From NCBI GenBank assembly GCA_951406725.2, contig OX597836.1, positions 46,872,001 to 46,936,000 of the forward strand: a DNA stretch of 64,000 nucleotides, given 5' to 3'. Positions within the stretch are counted from its first letter, which is position 1. Each line of letters opens with the position of its first letter. Origin of the DNA: Octopus vulgaris. Its lineage: Eukaryota. The position numbers were made by a program, and so were the translations under genes. Below the pieces are notes generated by a model. It searched no databases, was not told where the DNA came from, and saw only the letters and a list, made by a program, of their open reading frames with translations. Below, piece by piece: positions 11,319 to 26,172 of the stretch.

Positions 11319-12772
11319 TGTAATTTTATTAATTCCGCCGAGGAGTGTTTCAAATTCTTTTAATTTCTCTGCCTCATTCCATAGAATGAAGCAATCGTCG
11401 AGGTACATTCTCAATCTTTTTGTATATATTTAAAGAAAGAGTTTCCATGATTTCGTAGTGATTTTTTAATGTATCGTAGTCTCTAGGCAGCCCCGTAACT
11501 AGATTTGCAACGGTGAGGATTGTTTGCATCCCCAGCACACTCCCAGATTTCTTTCGTGAAAAGTTGTCATTGAACAGTAAATGATTATCCCTTTGAATAA
11601 ACTTCAGTCTTCCTATGATTAATTCTTTTTTTTTTATGCGATGGTGAAGCTCACCTGTATATTTATTCAACCAGAATTGACTGGCTTCAGTTCTTAAGTC
11701 TTGATGAATATTTGAATAGAGATTTGTTACATCGAAAAAAGCCGTCAAATTGTTTTTCTTTGACTATTTTCGTAAGATCTGTCTGTGTGTGTGTGTGTGT
11801 GTGTGCACGCGTGCGTGTGCATGTGTGTCTGTGTGTGTGCGTGCGTGTGTGTGCATGCGTGCGGGCAGAGTACGTATGTGTGTATGTATGTGCGTGCGTG
11901 CGCGTATGCATGCGCGCGCGCGTGTGTATGTAAGCAACTGAATGTAAAGACATCAGTGCAAACAAGAAGGAAGCAATAAAAATGGTATTCGATATACAAC
12001 TTAGAGTTTCAAGATATACATGTGGTGAAAAAATGGTTAGATATTTCTGCATATAAACAAAAATAGGTGAAAATGCACAAAACATTAAGAGAGTTATTGC
12101 AATTTTTTAAGAAAAGTTAAAGAGACAAAAAAGGTGTAACATCATATACAAATGCATTGAATTTTTTTTCTTAAATTAAGTAATAGCTTTCATCCAGGTA
12201 TCAGGATTTTTCAAATGATTTTGTAGCTGGACAGGAAAATCTGTTTATAGTGATCACAAAATATAAATTTGATTTATGCCATAACATGCTGTGGATGCTT
12301 ACATAACTACATCGGATAGACGGGATTAATGCTTCGCAGGAGTGTAACGGTGCACAAGCAAGAAATAAATAATGAAAAAAAATCAGGTAAATTCCATTAA
12401 GTGAACATATAGCAATATGTGCTGGAATGGTGCCTCCAAAAGTTGAAGAACAGAACAGCAAAGAATAAAAGAAAAAAGACAGTTTATTACGCAATCTAAA
12501 CCTTGAGTGAATGGTTAATAAACAATTTCTTCGACTTAGGGGTAATTTCAGATACGCTTGCATGGATGCAAACACAAATATTCACATATTATTTGGATTT
12601 GGATATATACAATATATCATCAATTTGTGTGTATGTATGTATGTATGTGTGTGTGTATGTGTGTGTGCGTGCGTGCGTCTGTGTGAGTGCACGCATGTGT
12701 CTGCGCATGTTCGAATAAATATATGCACGTATGTATATATATGTCTTTCTATACCTTATAAAGACTCTCTCT

Positions 12773-12988
12773 CTCTTTTACTCTTTTACTTGTTTCAGTC
12801 ATTTGACTGCGGCCATGCTGGAGCACCACCTTTAGTCGAGCAAATCGACCCCGGGACTTATTCATTGTAAGCCTAGTACTTATTCTATCGGTCTCTTTTT
12901 GCCGAACCGCTAAGTGACGGGGACGTAAACACACCAGCATCGGTTGTCAAGCAATGCTAAGGGGACAAACACACACACACACACACAT

Positions 12989-13019
<31 letters not shown>

Positions 13020-13186
13020 TATAGGTGCAGGCTGGTATTTATGTGTAAGAATTTTGCTTCCCATCTAGGTGATCCTGAGTTCAGTCTCACTGCGCGGCAA
13101 CTTGGACAAATATTTTTTACTATAGTTCCAGGACGACCAAAGCCTTGTAAGTGGAATTGGGAGACGGAAACTGTAAGAAGCCTGTC

Positions 13187-13237
<51 letters not shown>

Positions 13238-13410
13238 CATGTATGTGCCTATGCGTGAGTGTTTGTGTTTGTCCTCCACCACTGCTTGATAACCGGTGTT
13301 GGTTTGTTTGAGTCCATGCAACTTGGCTGTTCGACAAAAAATAGCGAAGGTATAAATAAGTACCAGCTTTAAAAGAAGCCAAAGGTGTCAGTTTGTTCGA
13401 CTAAATCGTT
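12773..13410. mobile_element. Two SINE family A copies back to back (12773-13000 minus 3' half; ~13021-13410 plus, diverged)
   Basis: Family A tail and core motifs on opposite strands. Confidence 0.8.
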
Positions 13411-13719
13411 CATAGCTGCAGTTCGATGATTGGAACGTGTGTGGCATGTGTGTGTATGTGTGGTATGTGTATGTGTGGAATGTGTGTGTGTGTGTCGTAT
13501 GTGTGTGTGTGTGTCGTATGTGTGTGTGTGTGTGTGTGTCGTATGTGTGTGTGTGTGTGTGTCGTATGTGTGTGTGTGGAATGTGTGTGTATGTGGTATA
13601 TGTGTGTGTGTGTGTGTCTCAATATCTACACACACAAACAGACGCAGCTGTACACACAAAGCAATATGCAATATATATAAAATGCGCACGCGCGTGTATT
13701 GTATATTGCTTCGTGTGCG

Positions 13720-13800
<81 letters not shown>

Positions 13801-14639
13801 TGTGTACATTAGAATATATGGCTTACAATACAGGAAGCGCAATTTATGTAACTGCAACACATAGGTATTATAGCTGTGTATGTGCGTGTTTGGGTGTATA
13901 TGCGTATATGTTTATGTGTTTGTGTATGTGTATTTATGTGTGTGTGTGTTCGTGTATGTATATGATGTATTCAATGTTTCCATATAATTCTTTGTCAATA
14001 TTTCACAGCCTCCATCTTGTAGGAAGCGCAAATCTTTAATTATCTCGATATTCATCTTCCAGGCATGATTTTATTAAAAATAGAAACAGGTCACTTGTCC
14101 ATTTACTCAACTCTAATATCAACAACATTTCCTGCAACTATTCAAACATTCCTTTTCGTTTTTTCACCATTTCCTTTGAGATGCTTTCCGAAAACTCACC
14201 TTAAAAAACGTTTAACTTCCCTATGATTTCATTGCTTTTTGTTTTTCTCCCTTTAATATTTTGCTTATTTCCCCATTTAATTTTTACTTTTTTTAAAGTA
14301 TTTTTCGAATCAAATTTTATTTTACGAATTCGTTTTTATATACTTATTTTATTGTTTCTATTTTAAACGTTCGAGTTGGTAGAAATCGTAAACCACTGGA
14401 CAAAATGCCTGGAGTATTGTCCTTCATCTTTTCCAGATCAATATTCCGCCCTTTCGTTAAAATATTCCCTGAACACATTTTGTATTAAGAATCTTCTAGA
14501 AAAGAGTTTAGCTGAAGAATATCATCATTTTACGTCCTGTCTTTCTCTCTATTTACTTCCCGTTTTGCGTAATAGTTTAATATCTGTGACTAACTTGTTC
14601 ATAGTTTGTATTTTTCTCATTCGTTTTGAAGTTGTATAA

Positions 14640-14965
14640 GCGTGGCTGCGTGGTAAGAAGTTTGCTTCCCAACTACTCGATTCCGCGTTCAGTCCCATTG
14701 CGCGGCACCTCGGGCAGATGTCTTCTACTACAGCTTCGGGCCAACCATCGCCTTGCGAGTGGGTTTGGTGGTCGGAAAGAAACCAGTCACGTGTGCCTGT
14801 GGTTTTGTGCTGTGTTCGTAACCCACAACCATTGTTGGTTGGTTTACGTACCAGTAACTGAGCACTTCGGCAAGAGACGCCGAAAGAATAATTACTGGGG
14901 TCGATTCGTTCGACTAAAACCCTTCAAGGTGATGCTCCAGCATGGCCGCAATCGAACGCCTGATA
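14640..14965 (+). mobile_element. SINE family A, diverged
   Basis: gcgtggctgcgtggtaagaag...gttcagtccc...gctccagcatggccgca. Confidence 0.8.
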
Positions 14966-15671
14966 CAAATACATTATATGCTGCACCCCAAAGCTCCCTG
15001 TCAAGTAGTCACGGTGTGTCGAATTTAATACAAATGAATAGGCCCAGAAGGAAACGCATCGAAAGATGAAACCATCGCTCGAGACTATTCCTCGCGAAGT
15101 CATGATTGGTCAGATTTTGTCGATCACGTGGGCGATATTGGACGGATCGATGTGACTGCTGAACGTTTCCACTACAAATTCATGTGGTCTATAGTAACAT
15201 GGACATTCCCTTGGTGTTGCCAGAGAACAAATGTGTTGTCCACGTATCATTAGCAATCCGATGGTTTCCCTTTTAGGAGTTAGTCTTCCAAGTGCATCGC
15301 ATAGATGCTAGTCGATAACCAATGATAATTGTGGACACATAACAAGCTCCTCAATATGTCGGCAAATTTCATTGGCCGTTCTTAGGTGCACTGCTGACGT
15401 CAGCATGATAATATTATTCATCATTTTAATTTATTCGTTTTGCAAACTAGAAAAGACCCAAAGTCATTTCGACATTTTGTAACAGCAAACTAACGAAGCC
15501 GAAAATAAACAGCCTAATGACAGTCTCCAACAGTGCCTTTGTAGATATAATAGATATATATATATGCATATTCATAAACCCAAAATAGAATATATGCATA
15601 TGTATATGTGTATGCATGTAAGTATGTATATAATACATGTAAGTATATATATATATATATATAAAATGACC

Positions 15672-15720
<49 letters not shown>

Positions 15721-15785
15721 TAAAAACGGTAAGATAACAAAAGAATGAAAGAGACCTCAATATTATGTAGATAGAAGAAATTTAT

Positions 15786-16128
15786 CTGTAAAATAATATG
15801 TGACAATTATTCGGTAGCCAAGATAAAACTCGGAGTTTCGGATGCCGAGGTGGAAATCCACAACACCATCTATTTGGTTATCTGGCCATCTCTATAGTTA
15901 CTATAGATGGCCGGATAACCGAAGAGATGGTGGTGTGGATTTCCACATGGCCAGATAACCGAAGAGATGGTGGTGTGGATTTCCACATGGCCAGATAACC
16001 GAAGAGATGGTGGTGTGGATTTCCACATGGCCAGATAACCGAAGAGATGGTGGTGTGGATTTCCACCTCGGCATCCGAAACTCAGAGTTTTATCTTGGCT
16101 ACCGAATAATTGTCACATTTTATTTTAC

Positions 16129-16131
<3 letters not shown>
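15786..16131. repeat. Foldback element with 4x40-bp tandem (15907-16066) and variant HHR (16034-16095 plus), flanked by (TA)n
   Basis: Arms are reverse complements around ctatagttactatag. Right arm reads AGAUAA CCGAAGA GAUG...CAUCC GAAA CUC-A-GAG UU^ UUAUCU. Confidence 0.8.
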
Positions 16132-16180
<49 letters not shown>

Positions 16181-16486
16181 CAGCATCAGCGCCAAACAGT
16201 AATGTAGAATAAACGAACTTTAGTTTAGTTAAAATATGTTGGTGACATGTTTTAACTTCCAAAGGCAAATTCACTGCAGTTATTAACTGCGGAGAAAAAA
16301 ATTTCCTCTTATGGAAAAAGGTGTTTTTCTATAGTTTATTTCCAGACACGTTTCTGGCTCTTTAGCCTTCCTCGATGAGAAATACCGAAGGGAGACAACC
16401 CAGGGCAGATTCAAAGCCGTTTGTTTTATCAAAAAGAAAAAAAAAAAACTAGCCAACATCAATGACCAGGCGACCCACTAGAATAC

Positions 16487-16905
16487 CTATTTCTTTACTA
16501 CCCACAAGGGGCTAAATACAGAGAGGACAAACAAGGACAGACAAACGGATTAAGTCGATTATATCGACCCCAGTGCGTAACTGGGACTTAATTTATCGAC
16601 CCCGAAAGGATGAAAGGCAAAGTCGACCTCGGCGGAATTTGAACTCAGAACGTAACGGCAGACGAAATACGTATTTCTTTACTACCCACAAGGGGCTAAA
16701 CACAGAGAGGACAAACAAGGACAGACAAACGGATTAAGTCGATTATATCGACCCCAGTGCGTAACTGGTACTTAATTTATCGACCCTGAAAAGGCAAAAG
16801 GCAAAGTCGACCTCGGCGGAATTTGAACTCAGATCGTAACGGCAGACGAAATACCGCTAAGCATTTTGGCCGGCGCGCTAACGATTCTGCCAGCTCGTCG
16901 CCTTA
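16487..16905 (-). mobile_element. SINE family B dimer (head + 2 body units)
   Basis: RC head aggcgacgagctggcagaatcgttagc; body repeated head-to-tail. Confidence 0.9.
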
Positions 16906-17363
16906 AAGAACACCGTCACTTCTATAGAAAAATGCAAATCTCTTGGTAGATGCTGTAGAGGGCAACAGGGACATTGTTCTAATCTATCATTATTTTATAT
17001 CTATATGAAGATCTCTGGTAGTATTGGCTTGCTTGATATTAAACTACGACCACAGTAGCACTCCATAAATGTGTGGTTATATTAGTGTACTAGTTTGCCT
17101 GCAACTAAACACGTGGCGATGTCTAGAAAGTTAGCTTTTAACTAGAAACGATCACTAGCCAGACTAAAGGTTTCACTGTTGAAGTAGACTATATATTAGT
17201 CATAAATATTTATAGTTAATTGATCAGTTCATTGTTTATTTGAGTAATTGTATTCCATTCCCTGACAAGGATTTGCTTTTAGAGAGGAAAATAATAGATG
17301 TTATATATGCAGAATGGATTTATGCGTGTGTGAGCATATGTACGTCTGTGTGTGTGTGTATGT

Positions 17364-17417
<54 letters not shown>

Positions 17418-17726
17418 AGTGCCTGTATGTGTTGCATGCGTGTCTATACGTTTGCATTTGTGATTGTAAATGAATATATAGATATACGTACAAACACACA
17501 CTTATATATATATATATATATATACATATAAATAGTATATACATACATATACATATATATATTTATATATATATATTTATATATATATGCGCGCACTTCT
17601 ATAAACGTAAAATAGTATACATGTGTATATATGTAATGTATGTATATATATATATATATGTATTCATATATACATACATGTATGTATTCATATATACATA
17701 CACACATATATACTTACATATATACA

Positions 17727-17762
<36 letters not shown>

Positions 17763-18023
17763 TACATACATACATATATACATACATACATATATATATA
17801 CATACATATATATATACATACATACATACATATATACATACATACATACATACATATATACATACATATATACATACATACATACATACATATACATACA
17901 TACATACATACATATATATACATACATACATGCATATATATATACATACATAAATACATATAAATACATACATACATACATATATACATACATACATACA
18001 TACATATATACATACATACATAC

Positions 18024-18076
<53 letters not shown>

Positions 18077-18087
18077 CGCGCCAATCA

Positions 18088-18637
18088 GTGAAGTTGGTTA
18101 AAATATGTTTCTGACATGTGTTAACTCCTAAAGCAAACTCAATGCAGTGACCATGGAAAAAAAAAATTGTCACGTAAGCTAGAGGTGTAAAAGCTCCATA
18201 TCTGTGCAGTTCTTCCATCTAGCAGGTTGCCAGATACGGTTTATGGCTCTTTGGCCTTCCACAATGGGAAATACTAAAGAGAGATAACCCTGGGCAGATT
18301 AAAAGCCGTAAATTTATCTAAAAAAAAAACAGTCAAAATCTGTAACTGAGTTGCGCTAGTGGACCGGCTGGTCATTGATTGTTGACTGTCGATTTTAGAT
18401 AAAGCTATGCCTTTGAATTTACCCAAGTTTATCTATCTTCGGTATTTCCCATTGATAAAGGGTAGAGAGCCAGAAACATGCGTCTAGGAATCCGCTAGAG
18501 CCAAGCACTGAACAGATATAGTGTTTTTACACCTCTTACCGCAAGAGAGAATTTCTACTCCTCCTTAACTAAAATGAAGTTGCCTCGTTTAGAAGTTAAA
18601 ACATGTCACAAATATATTATAGCCAACCTAAAGTTCA
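18088..18637. mobile_element. ~550-bp imperfect palindromic (foldback) MITE; half copy at ~16215-16480
   Basis: gttggttaaaatatgtt..tgacatg / catgtcacaaatatatt.gccaac; aatgggaaatac / gtatttcccatt; tttatctaaaa / ttttagataaa. Confidence 0.7.
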
Positions 18638-18861
18638 TATATATATATATCATTTTAAATTTTATATTTTATTTTTTATTTTTTATTTTATATTTTATTT
18701 TTGTTTTTTTTATTTATGATTTGGTTTATGTCTATCATTGTTTGAATTGCATAATAGTGTTTTTTCTCTAATTTATATATATATTTTTTATATTTATATA
18801 GTGAAATTTGATTTAATACTAAATTGAATTTTACCCTGTAAGTTTGGAGTAATATTACCCA

Positions 18862-18892
<31 letters not shown>

Positions 18893-19172
18893 GGACAATT
18901 ACAATGAATACGGAGACTGGTACATCTGCATATTTTTTATATCTATTTTGATTTTTTTTACAATTAATTATACAACATGATTCGTTTAGATGCGACCGAT
19001 ACGTGTTTTTGCTGCATAGAGAATATTCAGCAGCATTTGCACCCTGCTATGCACCTTTGTTCAAAGTCTGTCCGCAGAAGTGGTTCGAAGAGAACTTTGT
19101 GCGTGGTTAACGTGTATTGCTAAGTTACTACAGTCTTTGATTAGTAAAAGAAAGTACATAATTTATTCCTAT

Positions 19173-19525
19173 GAAGGCACATGGCTCAGTGGTTACAGCA
19201 TCGAGCTTAAAATCATGAGGTTGTGATTTCGAATCCTGGACCGGGCTGCGTGTTGTGTCCTTGAGCAAGACACTTTATTTCACGTTGCTCCAGTTCACTC
19301 AGCTGTAGAAATGAGTTGCAACATCACTGGTGCCAAGCTGTATCGGCCCCTTGGGGAACATCAGTGGTGTGGAGAGAGGATGCTGGTATGCATGGGCGAC
19401 TGTTGATCTTCCATAAAAACAACCCTAGGTTGGGCGTTCGCCAGCGAGGCGACTTTCCGCCCAGACTTGTACCCTGGAGGGAATCTCTTGGGTGCACCCA
19501 TAGTCATTCGTGACCGACGGAGTCG
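19173..19525 (+). mobile_element. tRNA-derived SINE with CORE-like central domain
   Basis: A box tggctcagtgg, B box atttcgaatcc, then gtgtccttgagcaagacactt...ccagttcactcagctgtagaaatgagt, resembling the CORE-SINE consensus. Confidence 0.7.
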
Positions 19526-19597
19526 AGAGTTTTGAACTTATCCCTATATACTCATCGTATAAATAAATGTATATAAATATACATGCATGCATACATA

Positions 19598-20889
19598 CGA
19601 GGGGCGTTCAATAAGTAATGCCCCTGACCCACTTCCCATAGCAGTAGAGCAACGAAACATGGCACAGTTATTAGTCCTTGTGTACATAGGAACCACCCTG
19701 AGTTACGCATTTCTCCCATCGTTTGATACAGCTCTGGAGACCGTTTTTGTAGAAGACCCCAGCTTGGTCCTCCAACCACGACGTGACTTCAGAAATCAAG
19801 GCTGCATCATCTGGGAAACGCTTTCCTTTCAAAAACAACTTCATGGCTGGGAAGAGGTGAACATTAGACGGTGCAAGGTCAGGAGAGTAGGGGGATGGGA
19901 GAGGAGTTCATAGCCGCACGCCTCTGCTTCTGATCTGGCGACACGCGAGTTGTGGACCGGAGCGTTGTCTTGCAGGAGGAGGATGCCTTTGCTGATCTTG
20001 CCCCGCCTCTTGATTTTGATAGCTTCTCTTAATTTACTCAAAAGTGAAGCATAATAGGCTCCTGTAATTGTGGTATCCTTTGCCAGGAAATCTGTCATCA
20101 CTACTCCATCCTGGTCCCAGAAGACTGTGAGCATGACCTTGCCAGCGGAGGGCTGCACCCTCGCCTTCTTTGGAGGAGGTGAGTCACGGTGCTTTCACTA
20201 CATTGACTGGGGTTTGGTCTCTGGATCATAGTGATGGACCCAGGTTTCATCCTGTGTAATCAGTCTTTTGAAAAATTTTGACTCATCTTCTTGGCACATC
20301 TCCAAATTCATACTCGAGCACTCGACGCGTTCTTGCTTCTGGAAAGGTATGAGCAACCTGGGAATCCATCTGGCAGACACCTTTTGCATATGCAAATGGT
20401 CATGAATGATAGTTTCCACAGACCCGGTACTAATCTTGACCTCATGGGCTATTTAGTGAATAGTTATGCATCGATCTTCCAAAATGGCAGCCCCAACTTG
20501 ACGGACAGATGCCTCATCAATGGCAGAAGTAGCGATACCAGATCTGGGAGCTGTTTCCACAGAGTTCCGACCATGTTTGAATTCACGATGCCAGCGTTTT
20601 ACAAGGTCATATGATGGGGAATCATCACCATAAGTTACTTTGATTTCATCCAAAGTCTCCCGTGGTGTGCGTCCTTTCAAATACAAAAACCGGATCACTG
20701 CTCGACACTCAACAGGCTCCATTTCACACTTGACTCAGTTCAAACACCTGTAAATCGGAAACCACAATTAGTTCAGAGCTGTAATTTGCCACTTATTCTA
20801 GAGAGATATAAATAATTGCACATGCAACATTTCAGCTAGATCAAACAACTGGAAGTGGGTCAGAGGCATTACTTATTGAACGCCCCTCG
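19598..20889 (-). mobile_element. Full-length mariner (DD34D) transposon
   Basis: 39-bp TIRs cgaggggcgttcaataagtaatgcc(c/t)ctgacccacttcc with one mismatch; TA on both sides. Confidence 0.97.
19671..20722 (-). pseudogene. Mariner transposase with two stops and one frameshift
   Basis: RAVIRFL, ARWIPRLL, TQDETWVHHYDPE, KVMLTVFWD, LLQDNAPVH, HPP/SPDLAPSD; D-D spacing 34. Confidence 0.95.
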
Positions 20890-21023
20890 TATCTTGACAA
20901 ATCCATCCATCATTCCATATATACATACATATATATATATATCTGTATGTATGTATGATGTTTATGTATATATATATCTATATCTATATATATATATATG
21001 CATATATATATTATTTATATTAT

Positions 21024-21055
<32 letters not shown>

Positions 21056-21215
21056 CATATATGCATATATGCATGTATGTATATCGTACATTTTATATAT
21101 ATATGTGTGTGTATGTGTGTGTGCGTGTACTCTTGACGGAACAGCCTTTTTTAATACACGTGGGGTATTATAATCATTTTATGAATGATTTTTTCCATTT
21201 GTCCTTTATATTTAA

Positions 21216-21581
21216 CTAGCACTATGACCCGGCAACGCCGGGTCATAGTGCTAGTGCATGCATATACAGCTGCGGGCGTGAGCACATACACGCGAGTACT
21301 GTCCAAATCTCCGACCAATCACATACAGCAAGCTGGCATTCAATTGGCGTATCAAGTTTCGGGCATTTTGATTGGGTTTTGGATAGAAAATTCACAAAAA
21401 AGTCACTTCTATTGATTTTTTAATGGCTTTGCGTGGTGACTGGGGAAATGTAAAGATGTGCACGACCATCCTTGGACGGTTTTGAATGACCATAGAAAGT
21501 GCGAGTTCTCTAACTGAAAAATTGTGGATTTGTATAAAAGACACACACACACAGACATTTTGCTGTTTATATATAGAGAGA
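21216..21581 (-). mobile_element. Non-autonomous Helitron
   Basis: Minus strand starts A|TCTCTCTATATATAAA and ends with a GC-rich hairpin and CTAG|T; no TSD. Confidence 0.8.
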
Positions 21582-21764
21582 TTTCAAATATTAACGTTCC
21601 GAGGTTCATAAGCACTTCAAGAAATTCTCCATATCGTGTTCAATGTGATCGTGTATTTAAGTGTATATGTAGATGTGTATAAATTTATGCGTATAGAAGT
21701 GTATGTATATTTGTGAATATGTATATGTATACTTCCCTCTCCCTTTTTCTCTCTCTCTCTATAT

Positions 21765-21816
<52 letters not shown>

Positions 21817-22219
21817 GTGTGTGTCTGTGAATGCGTGTTAACATAGTTTTAAATAGGTTTAAAATCCATGTAGCTTCAACTTTCCATCAATTATGATTAG
21901 TGGTTGGTTATAAATTTGACGGTCAATATTGCGATATGTCATTCGGGAATAACCATCCATAAATCAGGGCTTGGCAGTAAACCGAGAATCCACGGGAGAC
22001 ATTGATATCAATCCTTTTACAGGCACATGTCTGCAATGAGAAAGTGGTTATGCTCGGATATGAATTTAACGACCGCCCCCATAATATACATATAATGTGT
22101 GCGGGAGCGAGGCATATGTTGTACAGCATTGATTGTAAGGAGAATGTTTAATCAGGAGAGTTGGTTTATTCCTAATAATTTTCGAAACGTGTTTCGATCG
22201 CGTTAATGGCATACTATTG

Positions 22220-22900
<681 letters not shown>

Positions 22901-23096
22901 GTAGATATTTGTGTGTGTATGTTGATATACAAGATCCTACAAGATCTTTCCTGAAGAAATCTCTATTTCACATCAATCGCTGAACCAAACAAATTTCAAA
23001 AGGTCATCATCCAGTTGATTCCAGTTTCCTTCCTCGTAAACCAAACCCTTAAAAATTATTTAAGTTACTGCAACATAAATTAATATTTGGTAATGT

Positions 23097-24128
23097 TAAA
23101 GCGTCGAGCTGGCAGAATCTTTAGCGCGCCGGACAAAATGCTCAGCAGCATTTCGTCCGTCTTTACGTTCTGAGTTTAAATCACGCTGAGGCCGACTTTG
23201 CTTTTCATCTTTTGAGGATCGATAAAATAACCACCAGTTCAACACTGGCGTCGATATAATCGACTAATTCCCTCACTCGAAATTGCTGGCCTTGTGCCAA
23301 AACTTGAAACTAATGTTCGTTGATGTTAAGGCGGTGAGCTGGCAGAAACGTTAGAACGCCGGGCGAAGTGCTTATCGGTATTTCGTCTGCCGTTACGTTC
23401 TGAGTTCTAATTCTGCTGAGGTCAACTTTGCCTTTCATCCTTTCGGGGTCGATAAATTAAGTACCAGTTACGCACTGGGGTGTCAATGTAATCGACTTAA
23501 TACCTATGTCTGTCCTTGTTTGTCCCCTCTGTGTTTAGCCCCTTGTGGGTAGTAAAGAAATAGGTATTTCGTCTGCCGCTACGTTCTGAGTTCAAATTCC
23601 GCCGAGGTCGACTTTGCCTTTCATCCTTTCGGGGTCGATAAATTAAGTACCAGTTACGCACTGGGGTCGATGTAATCGACTTAATACCTATGTCTGTCCT
23701 TGTTTGTCCCCTCTATGTTTAGCCCCTTGTGGGCAATAAAGAAATAGGTATTTCGTGTGCCGCTATGTTCTGAGTTCAAATTCCGCCGAGGTCACTTTGC
23801 CTTTCATCCTTTCGGGGTCGATAAATAAAGTACCAGTTACGCACCGGGGTCGATGTAATCGACTTAATCCTTTTGTCTGTCCTTGTTTGTCCCCTCTATG
23901 TTTAGCCCCTTGTGAGCAATGAAAGAATAAGTATCATTAGCATGCCGGACAAAATGCTTAGCAGCATTTCGTCCGTCTTTACTTTCTGAATTCAAATTCT
24001 GCCGAGGTCGAACTTTGTCTTCCATCCCTTCGAGGTCGATAAAATAGGTACCAGTTAAACACTGGGGTCGATCTAATCGACTAACCCGTTCCACAGAAAC
24101 TGCTGGTCTTGCGCCAAAATTTGAAACC
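23097..24128 (+). mobile_element. SINE family B cluster: old monomer, trimer (units start 23378, 23564, 23748) and a headless old copy
   Basis: Head aggcggtgagctggcagaa; core ggtcgactttgcctttcatcctttcggggtcgataaattaagtaccag resembles the Meta/MESC SINE domain (from memory). Confidence 0.9.
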
Positions 24129-25534
24129 AGTATTTGTTGATGTTGTTGAAGTTTTAATATCGTTAATTGAGAAATTCTATTTGAGTTTATAATGGAGTCT
24201 AGACATCTAATAGCGGAGGACAGTAGGTATCCTTTTATCAAATAACAAATTTTAGATTTTCGAACTTGAAATAAAATTCTTGTTACATCAGCGACAGGTG
24301 CTGCTACTGCTATAGCTGTTGCCTTCTTGTCGAATTATCTTCACTGCTTTCTCTGGTGGTGGTGTTGAAGTCGGAAATAGTGCGTAGGGGGATCATTCTC
24401 TTAACTGCCCACCTATTAGAGATGATGAGTCATAACGTATTCATACAGAAACCGGAGATTTCCAGAAAGGGAGACCAGGCAGAAAATAGCTCCCCCCATC
24501 CACCCAAACGGATGAAAAACAAGCAGATGAGACCAGAGAGTTTAAACAGATTAAATATATAAACTCTTACTGTGGTCTCACTAATTGCAATGAAAGAGAA
24601 CATCTATCACATAAAGATCAAAAGATAGGGGAAAAAAAGAAGTGAAGATAGCGATAGAAGGAGAAAGAGTTGGAGAGAAGACAAGAGCTGGTGATGAAGA
24701 AAAAGGGTAAAGGAGAGAAGTCTGGTGAAATAAGATAAAAGAGAAAAAAATGTGAGAAAGATAAAAGTAAATAGATTATTAACAAATAATTAACGTAAGG
24801 CCATAAATATAGAAAGATGACTTGAAAGGATTATAAATAATAAATGATAGGCAGAGTAATAGAAGCGAGAAAAATGTATGAAAAAAAATGAAAAGCAAAA
24901 ATGTTTTCAACTGTTTTATTAGAAAACTGTGAATATTGAAATATGAACGCATAAATTTTAATATGATTTGACTCGAAAAACAAAACCTAATGTGTTTATA
25001 AATGTTGTAGAAATATATTTGTAAACAAATATAAACAAATATATTTGTAGACCAAAACGTTTAAGTATCAAGATGCACTAAAATAGATTCTCTTAAAAGA
25101 GAAATCTTGAAAAGAAAATGTGTGTCTATGCGTGTGTGTGTATATATATATATACACACATATATATATAAATATACATATATACAATATGTATATATAT
25201 ATATATAAATACATATACATATATACAATATATATATATGTATTATATATGTATATGTATTTATATATATACATATTGTATATATATAAATACATATATA
25301 TATATATACAATATATATATATATATATTATATATGTATATGTTTTTATATATATACATATTGTATATATATAAATACATATACATATATACAATATATA
25401 TATCTATATATAAATACATATATTATATATGTATATGTATTTATATATATATATATATATATATATTGTATATATATAAATACATATACATATATACAGT
25501 ATATATATACATGTATGTATGTGTGGTGTGGTGT

Positions 25535-25585
<51 letters not shown>

Positions 25586-26123
25586 ATGAATAATATATTT
25601 GCCATTTCGCCATGATATTTGTTTTCGATTCTTGAAAAAAGCGATTCAGAAAATATTTTTTAGTTTCGATGTTGTAGTGAGAAAGGATATGATTGGTAAT
25701 GGAATATAGTTAAAGATAAATTATGATCTAAATATAATCAAAGCTACAATGGTAAGCAGAAGAATGCAATTTGGAGAGTTCGAAATCACAGTTTTGTCAT
25801 GTAATTTTCCAGATTAACAATCTAAGTAGCAGTGATATGATATTGACTTTGTGATGTGAGCCAGAAGGGGAATACTTGGAGGGTAGACACAATTACGTTG
25901 ACTCAGTGCCTGGCTGAGGTTTTTATTACATCGTAAAGCAATAAAAACCGAGAAAACTAGGGGTGCTGTGCATCAACAAACAGTAATTCCAAGAGCGCAA
26001 GCAGTGGAGTGTTTTGTATACAACGGGGAACAAAAAAAAGTCAAACGTTTTGAACGGGAGTTTTTCTTTAGAGTGAGAGGAAGACGAAAGGTTCTAGCTC
26101 TGGGCCGTAAAAATGAACTTGTG

Positions 26124-26172
<49 letters not shown>

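Larger units (their letters stand above)
10055..11780 (-). mobile_element. Decayed, 5'-truncated Penelope-like retroelement (RT + GIY-YIG endonuclease)
   Basis: RT motifs [10 protein letters not shown] and NHLLFNDNF...GSVLGM...VANL (11374-11748); RNYPPYLI; GIY-YIG NFICASENAIY...CEENYIGQT..LR*RITLH (~10230-10345). Interrupted by a SINE A fragment and a MITE. Confidence 0.8.

Noticed and set aside
15090-15410. CCAAT, CACGTG and TGACGTCA motifs suggesting a promoter
   Set aside because: Short motifs expected by chance; no linked exon identified.
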